A stretch of 64,000 bases of DNA from Camelus ferus (Eukaryota): the NCBI RefSeq assembly GCF_009834535.1, contig NC_045697.1, forward strand, positions 32,738,001 through 32,802,000. Reading direction: 5' to 3'. Positions within the stretch are counted from its first letter, which is position 1, and the number at the start of each line of letters is the position of its first letter. Below are positions 13,400 to 25,949 of the stretch, in pieces. The notes beneath the pieces are model-generated. The model ran no database searches. It had not been told where the DNA came from and worked only from the letters and a program-made list of their open reading frames with translations. The position numbers were made by a program, and so were the translations under genes.

Positions 13400-13625
13400 C
13401 TATCGAAAAGAGAGGTTTTAAATTTCTACATCTTAGTAAGCCACACATGGCCTTAAGTAAATTATTTAACCTGCCTGAATTTCAGTGTCTGCATTTATAA
13501 AATAAAAACAATATTAATACCTGTCCCATGGCTTATTTTGAGAAATAAATTGGAAAATATTTATAAAGTGTTTACCATTCTTCCCAGAATCTATTACATG
13601 CTATATAAATTTAAGCTGTTATTCA
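13400..13625 (+). mobile_element. MIR SINE
   Basis: 'ccttaagtaaattatttaacctgcctgaatttcagtgtctgcatttataaaat...aatacct...gagaaataaat...taaagtgttt' matches MIR core and tail. Confidence 0.8.
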
Positions 13626-14354
13626 TACTAACAGAATTCCACTCTTTTCAATTATTCAAAATTTTAAACTTACTCTTCTATAATAATCCTATATTAATTA
13701 AATCCTTTGATACTTGGATTTAAAATAAGAACAATTGTGTCAAACTAACAGTTGAATTGATATTTTGATTAATTAAGGCACTAAATTTTAAGATAGCAAT
13801 TAATAGAAATATATATTTCTATAATACTCAGTATATGCATTATGATTAACACATAATATTTGCTAAATTAATGCACTGACAAGTAAAGCATGACACTTTA
13901 AAGTGAAATTATAACAGTTATATGTGTTCAAAATGAAATGTTCTGAAAGTAAACTTGGATGGAAATACAGTACTAATAACAGACATACCTATGATCTATC
14001 AACATTTATTTTAGAAAATAGTTTCCTATCCTAAAGATTTTTAGGGTAACTTTCAATCCAAAATATCTATGATGAACTTTCTAGCGAGTGATACTATGCA
14101 TAGATACCAGGAGTTTGATTAAAGTTAAAGAGAGAGATCAGAACCAGAGAAAGACTTGCAGGAAAATTGTTAATTAGGTGAGAATTGGGGGTAAGTACCT
14201 TAACTGATAGTTTTGTATGTAAATTATTGAGAAAAAGAAATAGTTCTTAGGATTTCCAAAATATCAAATTACAAGAAACATCTCCAAAGCTGGTTGCAAT
14301 TTTATATTTAACCATCTTTGACCTATGGGAAATATATAAGCTGAAAAAAGTCAG

Positions 14355-14535
14355 AGTAGCTAATTGACTTGAGCAATACAATTAAGTAATCTGTACCTGA
14401 ATTTCTTCATGAGTAAAATGATAAATATATCTAAATATAAAAATATATTAAATATATATCATTTGGTGAGCATGAAATAAAGTAATATGGGTGCTGCCAA
14501 TTGGTAACATACTCAGCGGATGCTAGTTATTATTT
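14355..14535 (+). mobile_element. MIR SINE, decayed
   Basis: 'tgactttgagcaa...tctgtacctgaatttcttcatgagtaaaatg...gtgagcatgaaataa'. Confidence 0.6.
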
Positions 14536-14539
14536 TCTC

Positions 14540-14665
14540 TCTCTCTAGACTGTGAACATTTTGTTTTTGTGTGTGGGATGGGGAAGGAGTGGTGGTTGGT
14601 TTCATTCACCACCGTTATGTGGTTTTAACACCTGTCCCAAAGTAGGCACTCAATAAATGTTGCAA
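14540..14665 (+). mobile_element. L2 3' end
   Basis: 'ctagactgtgaac...ttcattcaccac...aagtaggcactcaataaatgttg'. Confidence 0.65.
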
Positions 14666-14824
14666 ACTCACAGACTTGGCTCTGTGCATTGGGAGATTTT
14701 AACTCTGGTCATGCAGCCTTTGAAATTTCCATGATTCTATTTTAGTCCGTATGGAATTGTGATTGAAACTGTCAGCCAAGACTAATGAGAATAAGGTGAA
14801 GAAATTTTATTAACTTTTTAACAG

Positions 14825-14856
14825 GCTCTCTCAGCCTTTCTGGAGAGCCACTGATG
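14825..14856 (+). other. Candidate 32-nt micro-exon (unverified)
   Basis: Acceptor 'attaactttttaacag' and donor 'ATG|GTGAGT'. Confidence 0.2.
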
Positions 14857-16534
14857 GTGAGTCATCATGCTATTTCTGTATGGCTATCAAGTCTGAGTTC
14901 AGAATAGAATCTCTGGTTGTGACATGTCTCATTTATATAACATTTTACATAATGCTAAAATGATATTTCAATTTATATTGTATCCCAGAAAAAAATGCTC
15001 CTGGAGAAAAGAGCAAAAGAAGCTTGGGAAAAAAATGTTACTTCTGGAAAATAACTATGTATCTTCATCAAATGAGTGCAGCCTTCCACAATATGTTATC
15101 ACAGAAAGCTATAAATTAGGAGTTAGCAGACTAAGATTCTGGTCCTGATTAATTTAGTAACTAACTGTTTATCTTGGACAAATAAGATAGATATTATCCT
15201 GTTAGATGCTCAGGTTCCTTAAGAAATGATTTTTTGAAGCAGACAGTTTCTAGCGTCCTGCACAGCACTGAGTGTAGACCCTGAAAGAAATTTTCATTGT
15301 GTCCTGTTCTCCTTGATATTCATGACAGCCTGTTTGATTCAGAAAAAAATTTTGAGGCTTACAATACATTCTAATACATTCTAAGGTTATACTTTCTAAT
15401 TTTCTTATTTTTATTTATCAGCAGTGAAAAATTTCTATTTGTATATTGAGAGACTCTATTTCAGGGCTTCTACGACTTTCAGCCATCATAATAAACTGAC
15501 TCATTTAGGAATTTATTAGGTAAAAAAACAATTTATACATTTGTCTTGTGGTGAGTGCTGGTGGTATCATATAACAGTCACATAAACATAGACTAAATAT
15601 AAACTTGTGGATCTGCCTGCATTAAAGCAATATAAATGTCCCTTCCCTTTTTTGTAGGAATTTAAGAGTTATTCCTGTATCTTTTTTGTGTAGCACACTG
15701 AACTCTGGAATGAGAGCCTCTGAAAATATATGAGTTCTATTTCAAGATTTGAGCCAAAATCAACATTTTTTAAATTACCAAAAAAATAGGTATACATAAT
15801 ATAAAAATATTTAAAAGCCACATTTAGAGTGTCTGGTGCCATCTGGATGTACTTGATGAAAAAAAAATTGTAATTAGACTATTTGGGAATAGTGCTGGGT
15901 GAAGCCTCTCTGAATGCTAACTAGTTTACCTGGTTCATGCCCAAAGTATATACTCAGAATAATGTCAATTCCCAACTCAACTAGAATACTCTGTTTTACT
16001 GTGTAAGACATTTTCACAATTATAAATTGAACTTACAACACTAACATTTAAATTAGTACACATGTAAACTTCCTATTGATCAAGCTGTCTTCTCTTTAAA
16101 AATGACTTCTTTACACAATGGATGGTTTTACAATGAACATTGCACATGCTTTATGTTACCTGTACTTTAAAAGCAAAATTTTCAGGCTGAGTGGAATGAA
16201 GGATTCATGCAAAGACTACTATTGACAAGGAAAAACAAATTATTAACCTGAAACATCTCTCTAAAGGCAACCAGAAGTGTATTCACTAGGTCTACAAAAT
16301 AACAAAATAACTAATAAGAACTGGTATTCCTTTCCATCCTTTTTGGAACCCAGTTAATCACATGTCACATACAGCTACTGACATATACCTAATTCCTGGC
16401 TGACCATTCTTTTGTCTGGTATTCAAGAAAGCATTTTGGATGTAAGTTTCTATGTTGTTATTGTATTGTATTGAAAAAAAACCTCACAATTACTCTAATT
16501 AGTTTTATCCATATATGTTTATTTCTGTTAGTGT

Positions 16535-18180
16535 ATTTTAATTTTGAGATGTATACCATACATAGAATAATGAGTAAAATCTAAATGAGCAGATTAACAC
16601 ATAATATAAAAATACTCATGTACTACCATCCGGTTCACAAATTAGAAGCTATCCAATAACATTGATGGTGTTTTTTCTTTTTCTTTCTTTTTTTTTTTTT
16701 TTTTTTTTGATCATCTCTGCCTACTGCTCCTAAAAGTAATCATTATGTTTGACACTTGGATTACACTTTTTTTTAACTTTGTTTTAGATTTACTTATCTG
16801 TGTATGTATCCCCTAACAATATCGAGTTTTCTGTCTCTGAAATTTTTACAAGTGGAATTACACTGTACACATTAATGTTTGTCTTTTTCTCAGCTCTATG
16901 TTATATTTACTAGAGCCATCTATGCTGTTCTGTGACTGTGGTTCTTTCAGTTTTATTGTTTTAATGATGTTGATGACGATATCACTCCCATATTAACTGT
17001 AGATATTATTACTAAATATAATAATATTGAGATGAGTTTATTAGTAACAAAGCTTAGATATGAATCTCTTTAATCTGGTTCCAAGTATGTACTCTTAATT
17101 GTTTTGATATATACCATCTTATTAGAGTATTTCACAGTATAAAGTAGCATGTTTGCCCATTCTGTTCTTGGTGGAGACAAGTTGTTTCCAGCCTTTCCTA
17201 TAACAAATAATGCTGTTTTGTATATTTTTGTACAAGTATCCTTATACAAGTGCAAATGTATAAGAACTTATGTAAGGTATAAATTTATGACTGAAATCGT
17301 TGGGTTGCAGTGTATGTGAGAATACTAATTTATTAGATGATTTCAAACATTTTCCAAAGTGGCGATAACAGTTTATATACTCACAACAGCGTTATACACT
17401 GACAACACATATTCCCTTGGTCTCTATGTTAGTCAAATTAGAATTTTAAATCTGTTCCCATTTGATGTATATAGAATAGATTTACATCGTGATTTTAATT
17501 TGGATTTTTGCTAACTATCTGACATCTTTTCCTTTGTTGTTTGCCTAATTGGATTTCCTCTTTTGTGAAGTGGCCATTTAAGGCTTCTGACTATTTTTAA
17601 ATGGATTCTTTCACCTTTTTTTTTAATTGAATGTAGGCTTTTTCAATATATTTTAATTGTCAGTTATTTTGTTGGTTACAGGAGTTGGAAATATTTGTTC
17701 ACTTGGTGTTTTTTTACACTGTCTTTGTAGAATAATGATTTGTATGCTACTGGATACATTAACCCTTTCCTTTACCATTGGTAACTAATTGTGTTTAATT
17801 TTGAGAAATTATTTGTTACCTTTAAGTTATGAAAATATTTTGTATTATCTTCTAAAATATTCATAATTTTTCTCTTCACCTGTAGAACTTGCACAAGGAA
17901 TTGACTTTAATGCATGCTATAAGGTAGAGATACAATTTGATTCTTTTCATATATGGATATCCAATATCTGAAAGAGCTTTTTATTTAAAAGTCCCCTTTT
18001 TGTCAATGATTTCTAGTGCCACCTCTGTCATATATCAATGTGACCTATGTGTGCGTGGAACTGTTTCTATTTATATGTCATTGTCTTTATCAGCACCTTA
18101 TTCTTCTCCTGGGGTTCCTTGGCTATTCTCAGCCATTTTAAACTCCAAATGAAATTTTAATTCAACTTTTCTAGTTTTTC
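16535..18180 (-). mobile_element. L1ME-type 3' end and ORF2 remnant
   Basis: ORF 17070-17255 'HLYKDTCTKIYKTALFVI' resembles the L1 ORF2 C-terminus; antisense motifs 'ttttccaaagtgg', 'tcttttgtgaagtggc'. Confidence 0.8.
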
Positions 18181-18283
18181 CAATTTATATTTTAAGATAA
18201 ATATTTCATAACATGGGTGCCATTAACTATTAATAGTAACTAAATCATGACACATAATTATGGAAAAAGCAAGCCTCAATATC

Positions 18284-20670
18284 TATCTTAGGCCATTTGG
18301 GCTATAATAGCAGGATCCCATAGATTGGGTGGCTTATGAACAACAGAAATTTATTTCTCACAGTTCTGGAAGCTGGGAAGCCAAGATTAATATTTCAGCC
18401 AGTTTGATGTCTGATAAAGCATGCTTTCTGTTTCATAATTGGCTCTATTTTTACTGTGTTCTCTCTCACATGGCAGAAGGGACGCAGGAGCTCTTTGGAC
18501 TCTTCTTTATAAAAGTACTAATCTCATTCATGAGAACGCCACCCTCATGATCTAATCATTTCCCCAAGTCTCCACCTGCTTATACTATTTATTACATTGG
18601 GGATTAGGATTTCAACATACAAATTTTGAGGAGGTACAGAATTTCAATCTATAGTATTCCACACCTGGCCCTCCAAATTCATGTCATTCTTACATGCAAA
18701 ATACATTTATTCTATCCCAATAGAAAAGTCTTAACTCATTCCACTATCAATTTTAAAGTCTAAGTCCATAGTCTTATCTAAATATCATCTAAATCATATA
18801 TGGGTGAGACTTCAAGGTCCTATTTGTCCTGAAATAAATTGCCTTCCAGCTCTGAACTTGTGAACCCCAAGAAGTTATGTGCTTCCAAAATACGATGATG
18901 TGACAGGCTTAGGATAGACATTCTCATTCCAAATGGAAGAAATAGGAAAGAGAAAAAGGACTGACTATTCCCTTTAAGTCCAAAAGCTGATGAGGCCAAC
19001 AATGTTCATTAAACCTTAAGACTTGAGAATAATCTTCTTTGTCTTGATTCTTTGCTCTCCAGGCCCACGGGGGTGAAAATACCATCTTCTGGACATACTG
19101 AGGTGGCAGTTCTGGTCCTGCAGCTTGTTGGGCATCCCTAACCCCCAGATTTGGGTGGCCCTGCCTCCACAGTGCCTCTGTTCCTGGGTCCTACCCACAT
19201 GATATTTCTCTAAAGTGATTCCATCTGGAAGCAGCTCTGTGCCTAGGTTGTACACCCTTGACTCCAGTCAGCTCTATTGAAACCAGAATGGAAACAGCCA
19301 TGCCCTTAGGGCTCATGTACCTGCTTGGTGGAGAAATGGTGCCACACTGAAGCTACCAAAGTTTGCTGCTTGTAGCCTCCAGAGGGGTGACCACTGTGGC
19401 CAGTGCCACAATAGGGTCTACAGGAACCTCACCTGGAGTGGCCACGGAGCATAGAACCAGAGTGCAGGGAGACTGTGATGGGAGACCATGGCAGGCTATG
19501 CTCACTGAGGTCCCACAGGCACTGGGAGCCCCTCCTTTGAAATCACTCTGCTTCCTGGATGCTTGCTTGCACTCTGGGCCTGTGATGGAAGTGGCAGCTT
19601 TGGTGATCTCTGAATTGTCTTCAGGGCCATTCTTCCACATTTTAGAGAACAGCTCCTAGCTTCTGTGAGACGGCTCATCCATACTAATATCATTATTAAA
19701 GGATCCTTGGCCACACCTTTAGTGTTCTTGTTTTTTGCAATATGGATAAGCGGAGAATTTTCCAAATTTTTAAATTCTGCTTCTCTTTTGATTAATAATT
19801 CCATCTTTAAGTAATTGCTCTATTCTTGAATGCTACTGTTGGGAGTCTGGAGAAGCCACACTACACTCTAAACACCCCTTAGAAATAGCTTCAGCTAAAT
19901 ATTGCATTTCATTGCTTACACCTTCTAGCATCCACAGAAGACACATGTAACTTAGCCAAATTCTTTGCCACTTTATAACTAGGATCACCTTTCCTCTAGT
20001 TTTCAATAACACATTTTTCATTTACATCTGAGACCTCATCAGAATGGCCTTTACTATCTATATCCCTACTAACATTCTGCTGAAAATTACTTGGATATTC
20101 TCTAAGAAGGCTGAGGCTTTTTCCTTTAGCTCTTGCCTTTTCTTTCTGAGCTCTCATTAGAATCATTTTTAAAGGTTCATTCATGGCTATGTAGGCTTTT
20201 TCTAGCATGCACCTCAGAACCACCCCCAGCTTCTATCTATTTCCTGTTTCAAAAGCTGCTTCCAAATTTCTAGATATTTGTGCCACAGGAGACATCCCAT
20301 CTCTTGGTACCAATTTCTTTCTTAGTTCATTCAGGCTGCTATAAGACAGTACCACAGATTGGGTGGCTTATAAACAACAGAAATTTATTTCTCATAGTTC
20401 TGGAGGCTGGGGAAACTAAGATCAATTTGCTAACAGATCTAGTGTCTGGTTTCTAGTTCATAGACAACATCGTTTTGCTGTGTCCTCACATGGCAGAGAA
20501 GTCAGGGATCTCTCTGGACTTCCTTTTATAAGGACGTGATCTTATTCATTATGAGTCCACCCTTATTACCTAAGAACTTCTCAAAGACCCTGCTTCCAAA
20601 TACAATCACATTTTGCATTGGGATTTCAGCGTATGAATTTTGAGGAGACACAAATATTCAGTCTATAGAA
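18284..20670 (-). mobile_element. Complete MLT1A/MLT1A0 MaLR provirus (3' LTR 18284-18656, internal 18657-20317, 5' LTR 20318-20670)
   Basis: Two similar LTRs share 'gattgggtggcttat.aacaacagaaatttatttctca.agttctgga.gctggg'. PPT (rc ggagggccaggtgtggaa) at 18657-18674; MaLR junction 'cttggtaccaatttc'; 5-bp TSD atatc/acatc. Confidence 0.93.
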
Positions 20671-20689
20671 ACATCAAAATCAAGGACTA

Positions 20690-21205
20690 CCTTATACTTT
20701 AAATGCCTTAAAATTTCCCCTCAACTTGACTAAACAGGAAGAAGCCTGATCTAAGCCCCTGTCTCCCTTTTCTTAGAACAGTTACTTTAGAAAACTTTTA
20801 AGTACAAATTCTTTCTCTGCCCTTTTGAGGTATATACATTTCTCCCAACCTCTTGCCAACTTTGCAACCCAACGATATATTTCTGAAGGACTTGGGAGCC
20901 ACTTTTTCCAATAAATCATCAAGGAAGATAGTTCCCCTCTCTTTCTGCCCCTGAAGGAGAGTGGGGACCAAACTTTGATAAGTGTCAGTTGGCAAACATA
21001 GATGGCCTAATCACATTGACCAGCCTCCCTCCCACCCACCTCCAGCATCTTCTAGTACTTTTTCATTAGCTCATTAAAGCACTTCAAAAAGCATGCACCT
21101 GTGGTCTCTGTGGAATAGCGTTCAATCTCTCTTCCCTACTATGATGGTCTTGAATACAGTCTTCATGGCCTGTTTAACTTGTCTGGTTCAATTTCTCTTT
21201 GCCCA
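20690..21205 (+). mobile_element. ERV1 (MER4-group, MER67-like) solo LTR
   Basis: 'ttactttagaaaact...aaattctttctctgccc.tttgag', 'aaggacttgggagcca', 'aatcatcaaggaagatag', and 3' end 'tcttgaatacagtcttc...tgtttaacttgtctgg..caatttctctttg'. Confidence 0.75.
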
Positions 21206-22029
21206 GAGGATATTTAATTAATAATAATCTAATTTTGTTAGAAGCAAGACATTATAAACAGTTTTAGAAGTATGTGTTCATTTGCTTTAACTTAAAGAAG
21301 CAAATTTCTAGGGAAAATAACTTTGAAGTAGTTGAGTATAGTTAAAATTTAAGGAAATTGAATAATGAATTTCTCTAGCTGTGACTTAACATGTTGTAAT
21401 GCAATTTGTAAGACACTGCAGATAATGTTAGCTCAGCTCTGAAATTAAGTTCTCTCCAGCACTGGGAGGCTGTTGCTAGAATATACAGTTCTAGTCGACA
21501 ATATCATGGAGTTTAAAAATGTGCAGTTTCATCAAGGGCTCAATATATTAGTTTTGTTTGTAAGGAGGCTGAAACTGGCTTTGTTTAACTAAGGAGAAAA
21601 TCAGGGATATCTGCTTATATAAGGATCTTAGCTCAGAAAACAATTTAGGCAGAAATAATGCATTTTTCAATTAGATTATTTTCTTATTTATAAGCACTTT
21701 CTACAAATGTAGGGGACACAGTACAGATATCCTTGACATTGTCAAGATACGAGCATGAAATAATTACTCTCTTTTTGCTAGCCTTACTTTTTAGCATTTT
21801 TTGGTTTATCTTCATAAAGTTACACTCACTTGTGTACTGTAAATGCTTAACAATTAGGGAGGAAAAAAGCCCTAATTTGTAGTGTTTGCCGATATCATGG
21901 TATAAATATCCAGGCTTCCAAAGAGATATCACTGAATGATGGTCTGGGAAGAAATATGCAAAACTCTTTCAAGCTGCAATGAGCCAGTTTCAGTATACCT
22001 CTGGTTACTGGTATCATTTAACATAAATG

Positions 22030-22433
22030 AATGATCTACTTGCTTACCAATTAATTCTGGTTATCCCTGCTTCTGGACACTAGACTGAATTCAGCTTTCT
22101 TGCCCCCTTGTGGTTGAATGAGCCCTTGTGATTACTTCTGGTCAATGAGTGATAGCAGAGGGGTTACATATCACTTTCAGTCCAGATAATTTAATTGTCT
22201 TTGCAAGACCCTCCAGAACTCTCTTTTCCCTCTGCCAAGGTCATGAGCATCTTCTAGATAGTGACTTGTCATCACCTTCAGTCCTAGAGTAAAGACAAAA
22301 ACCACAAAAGCAAAACTGGTCTATGACAGACATTTGATATGAATGGCAATTAAATCTGTGTTACATTGAACCACAGAAGATATCAGGATTGTTTTGTTAT
22401 TGCAGCATAACCTAACCTATCCTGCCTGATAAA
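22030..22433 (+). mobile_element. MLT1I/MLT1J2-type MaLR solo LTR
   Basis: 'ttctggtcaatgag...atttaattg...agaccctccag' and end 'ttgttattgcagcataacctaacctatcctgcctgata'. Confidence 0.82.
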
Positions 22434-24852
22434 CCCTTTTATCAGTGATTATAAAATGTCCTTCCATTTATACACTGTAAAATAGTAAATAAGCTTATGT
22501 CAGACATTGCAACTTGTTAAAAAATAAATTTCCAGATACCTATTTGACAGTTCAGTTTTCTCTGTTCACCTCAGCCGTTCTGTTTCCAATGGGTATTTTC
22601 TTCTTGTCTTTTTGACAAAAATAACAGTTTGAACTGAAATATATAATTTCAAAGATTCAGACACAGGTAATGTTCTTATTTACTTAAACATCATTTATGC
22701 AATTAATTTGTTTTTAATTAATGGGTGCCAATGAATATGAAAGAATTATGAAAGGTGTATCATTTTCCTAGGAGCACGTTTATCTGTGTATAAAGAGAGC
22801 AAATATGAAAAAAAAAACTGGTCTGCATACAATCCTGTGAAAGTCAAAGCCAATACTAAAGACCAGTTTTAGATGGGGTGGCCTGAGAGCAGATGTTACA
22901 TGCTGTCTTATGATAATCAATACATTTTAGAATAATTTTATACTCTTAGGGTATAAAATTTTATACTCTTAGGTGGGTATCAATATTAAGCACATGACTG
23001 TGTGAATGCCTTATTTTTAGAAAAATCTCAGTGTTGTCAAACATAACTGTCTTGAGCACAGGGAACCCTCATCATGATTGTTTTTACCTCTTGCTGGATG
23101 TATGCCCTTATGCTTCTGTAGCTTTATGGTTGTAGGAAAAGCTTCAAATTTATAGTTAAATTGAAATATAACTAGATTACAAATAAGAAGATACAGTAAG
23201 ATCTTATTTTTACCTGTACCCCAATAACGAGCATAAAAAGCTTTAATTTGACAGCTGATACAGAAATTCCTTTTAGTCAAGAACGCTGAGACGGATGTCT
23301 AGATGAAACTAATGCTGACAGGAAAGAGAAACCTGAGGGATCTGAAATCGACAAAAGCAAAGAGGAAAAAAGAGAAGAGCCAGCCTCTTCACAATGTAAA
23401 CTCCACGTTGGATAGAAGAGGAATTGTATGAAGTCAGGAAAATACTTGGGAACATATGAGTCTAGGACAGTCAGGCTAGAGGAGAGAGATTGCCTGGGAA
23501 GGGGCCAGTGAGAGAATCCCAGGTGTGACATTAAATAAAAATTAAAACATGTGAATAGATTTTATTACACACCCATCACTGTTCCTTATCCCCCAAAGAA
23601 CTTTAATAAAAACAAGTGCATACTATTGAAATTAAATCACGTTTCATTGCTAAGATAGCAGATTACTTTAGCTACCCATTCTACAGCACCTCTGCAAAAT
23701 TCACAATTTCTTTGAGTGAGTCTACTGGACTAAAATTTTTCTTAGTGAATGACTTTTTGTATGGAAAGGCCTGACTTTCAAAACTAGATTGATAGATTGC
23801 AGGACAGAAATTAAATTTTAAAACAAAAATGATGTATGGTATTTGGAAACAGGACACAGTGGCAAAGGTGAATGTGGGAATTATAAAAATGTTTCAGAGA
23901 TATTCACAGACATCAACAGTCAAGTTCTGTCTTACCTAGATCTCAAGGCTCTGATAAAAAAAAAAATCTCAATACTAAATGTTAACTATAGTACTAACAG
24001 TTCTAGCTGGTAGGAATGATAATTCTTTTATTTATAGAGAATTTATCTTTATTTTTAGATAATAAACATGGATAACTTATGTACTTTTAAAAATGTATTT
24101 AGAAGCTTTGGAAATTAATGCAAATAAATATAGAATTACAGTAGTAATAACAGTTAGGAAATAAAGTATAGCTTTGTGCTACTAAAATTTTTACATAAAT
24201 CATTGATTAGTTTGGTGATATTTTTCCCCCTTGTGCTTTAAAATGACACACATACTGGTCTTCCTTGACTATAGAAATATACTTTGTTCTAAAATAAGGT
24301 TGCCTTATTTTGACAAGTAGTTTTTAAAATTCTTCAAGTTTAGAGGAGATATTTGTATTCTCAAATTATAGCCCATTGGAAAACAGTAGGCACTGGGCAC
24401 TGGGCACATCATGTGTTAATGGAGAAGCAAGGTAAATACAGAGTTTGGTTAAAAAAGGATTTTTATCTTTATGGGAAAATATAGTAAAGTGGGGTCAAAT
24501 TTGTGTGGAGTTTCTGACTGTGTCATTGTTAATATTCTGGTTAGTTGCATGTTGTACATCCTCATTATAAAAATATTGCATTTATTTCCTTTCAACATAT
24601 GCTATTCTTAGGAAATTTATTTAAAATGGGATTTCAATTCTCTGGAAAAATGATCTATGACAAAAAAAGTATTATCCCTTGATTAATTTTATTTTTACTT
24701 TAATAATTTCATATAAACTATATAAGATTTAGTAGAGCACATTTTACTACATTTAAAGAAATGCATACCCAACTCCTGGTGGTTTTATGGTGCCAGAAAT
24801 TTACTTTTCCTCCCATCTGACATAATGAGAATTCACTAATGGACTCAGATAA

Positions 24853-24855
<3 letters not shown>

Positions 24856-24910
<55 letters not shown>

Positions 24911-24929
24911 TGTGTGAGAGAGAGAGAGA
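24856..24929. repeat. (GT)n-(GA)n compound microsatellite
   Basis: Direct reading. Confidence 0.98.
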
Positions 24930-25949
24930 TTGATCATTTTAGCTCAGAAAAATGCAAGTAAGCCTCTTAACTTTTGTTCTTGATTTGAACTTACCAAGTT
25001 ATAGACAAAACATTTTGAATTGGTTATCCTTCTTCACAATGGGGGTAGAGGGCTTTTATAGGAGCTCTTACCACAAAAAGAAACACAATTGGAGGGGATA
25101 AACCCTCTGCTTTGGGAATAAGTGTCTAAGAAAAAAAGGAAAGGAAAAAGAAAAGAGAAGAAAATAGAATAAAAAATCAGAATTAGACCATATTGCCCAA
25201 TTTCACTAGATGTATGGCTTAATGGATAGACCCACACTGATATCACTACTTATGTGCTTTATGCCTCACTTTAAATGTTTGAGGAGAAATAGACTTTTTA
25301 AAAATCAAATTCAGTTTAATTCAATACCGCTTCAGAGGAATGGGCAAAAAAGTGAAAGCCTGCTAAGGAAATGAATGTTAAGGTGAATGAGAAACCGCTC
25401 TGAACATTCCCCTATCTTATTATTTCCATACACTGGGGTTAATAACCAAACCTAAGGTCAACCTGGGGCTGTGCCTGTGCCCACTCAAGGGAAGTAAGTA
25501 ATTACCTACCCGGAGTCCCACTCATCTCTGTGTGGCTACTCTCCCCGTATCTATGACAACTTCTTATTTATCTTTCAGAACCCGTGTGGTGAATCGTACA
25601 CCACAATTGTACCCTGAATTTTGTTTCTTATCTTGCGTAAAAGCAGCCATGTTTTTCAATAACTCACCAGTGGTGATTATGTAAATCAAATAATAACATG
25701 ATAATATTCTAAATAACACAGTGACACAAGTAGTAAAATAATTCTCAAACTTGAGGAATATGAATTCCTCCATCATTAAACGTATAGAAATAAAGTATAA
25801 GATATTCCCTCTCCTCCTTGAAAATTGAAGTTCAAAAAAGTCAATGTGTATAATTTTTCTTCAATTTCTTTATCTTCTCAGGTCTAATGATATCATCTTA
25901 TTCAGAAAACATTTATTTACTTGGTTGCTTATGTCTGTATGTATATATT

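Noticed and set aside
18820..20223. Overlapping ORFs on both strands as host genes
   Set aside because: They lie within the MLT1A internal region; the higher GC content gives longer chance ORFs plus remnants of the MaLR ORF.
23277..23530. E/K-rich + strand reading as an exon
   Set aside because: In-frame stop just after the acceptor and no good donor; probably a purine-rich decayed LTR.
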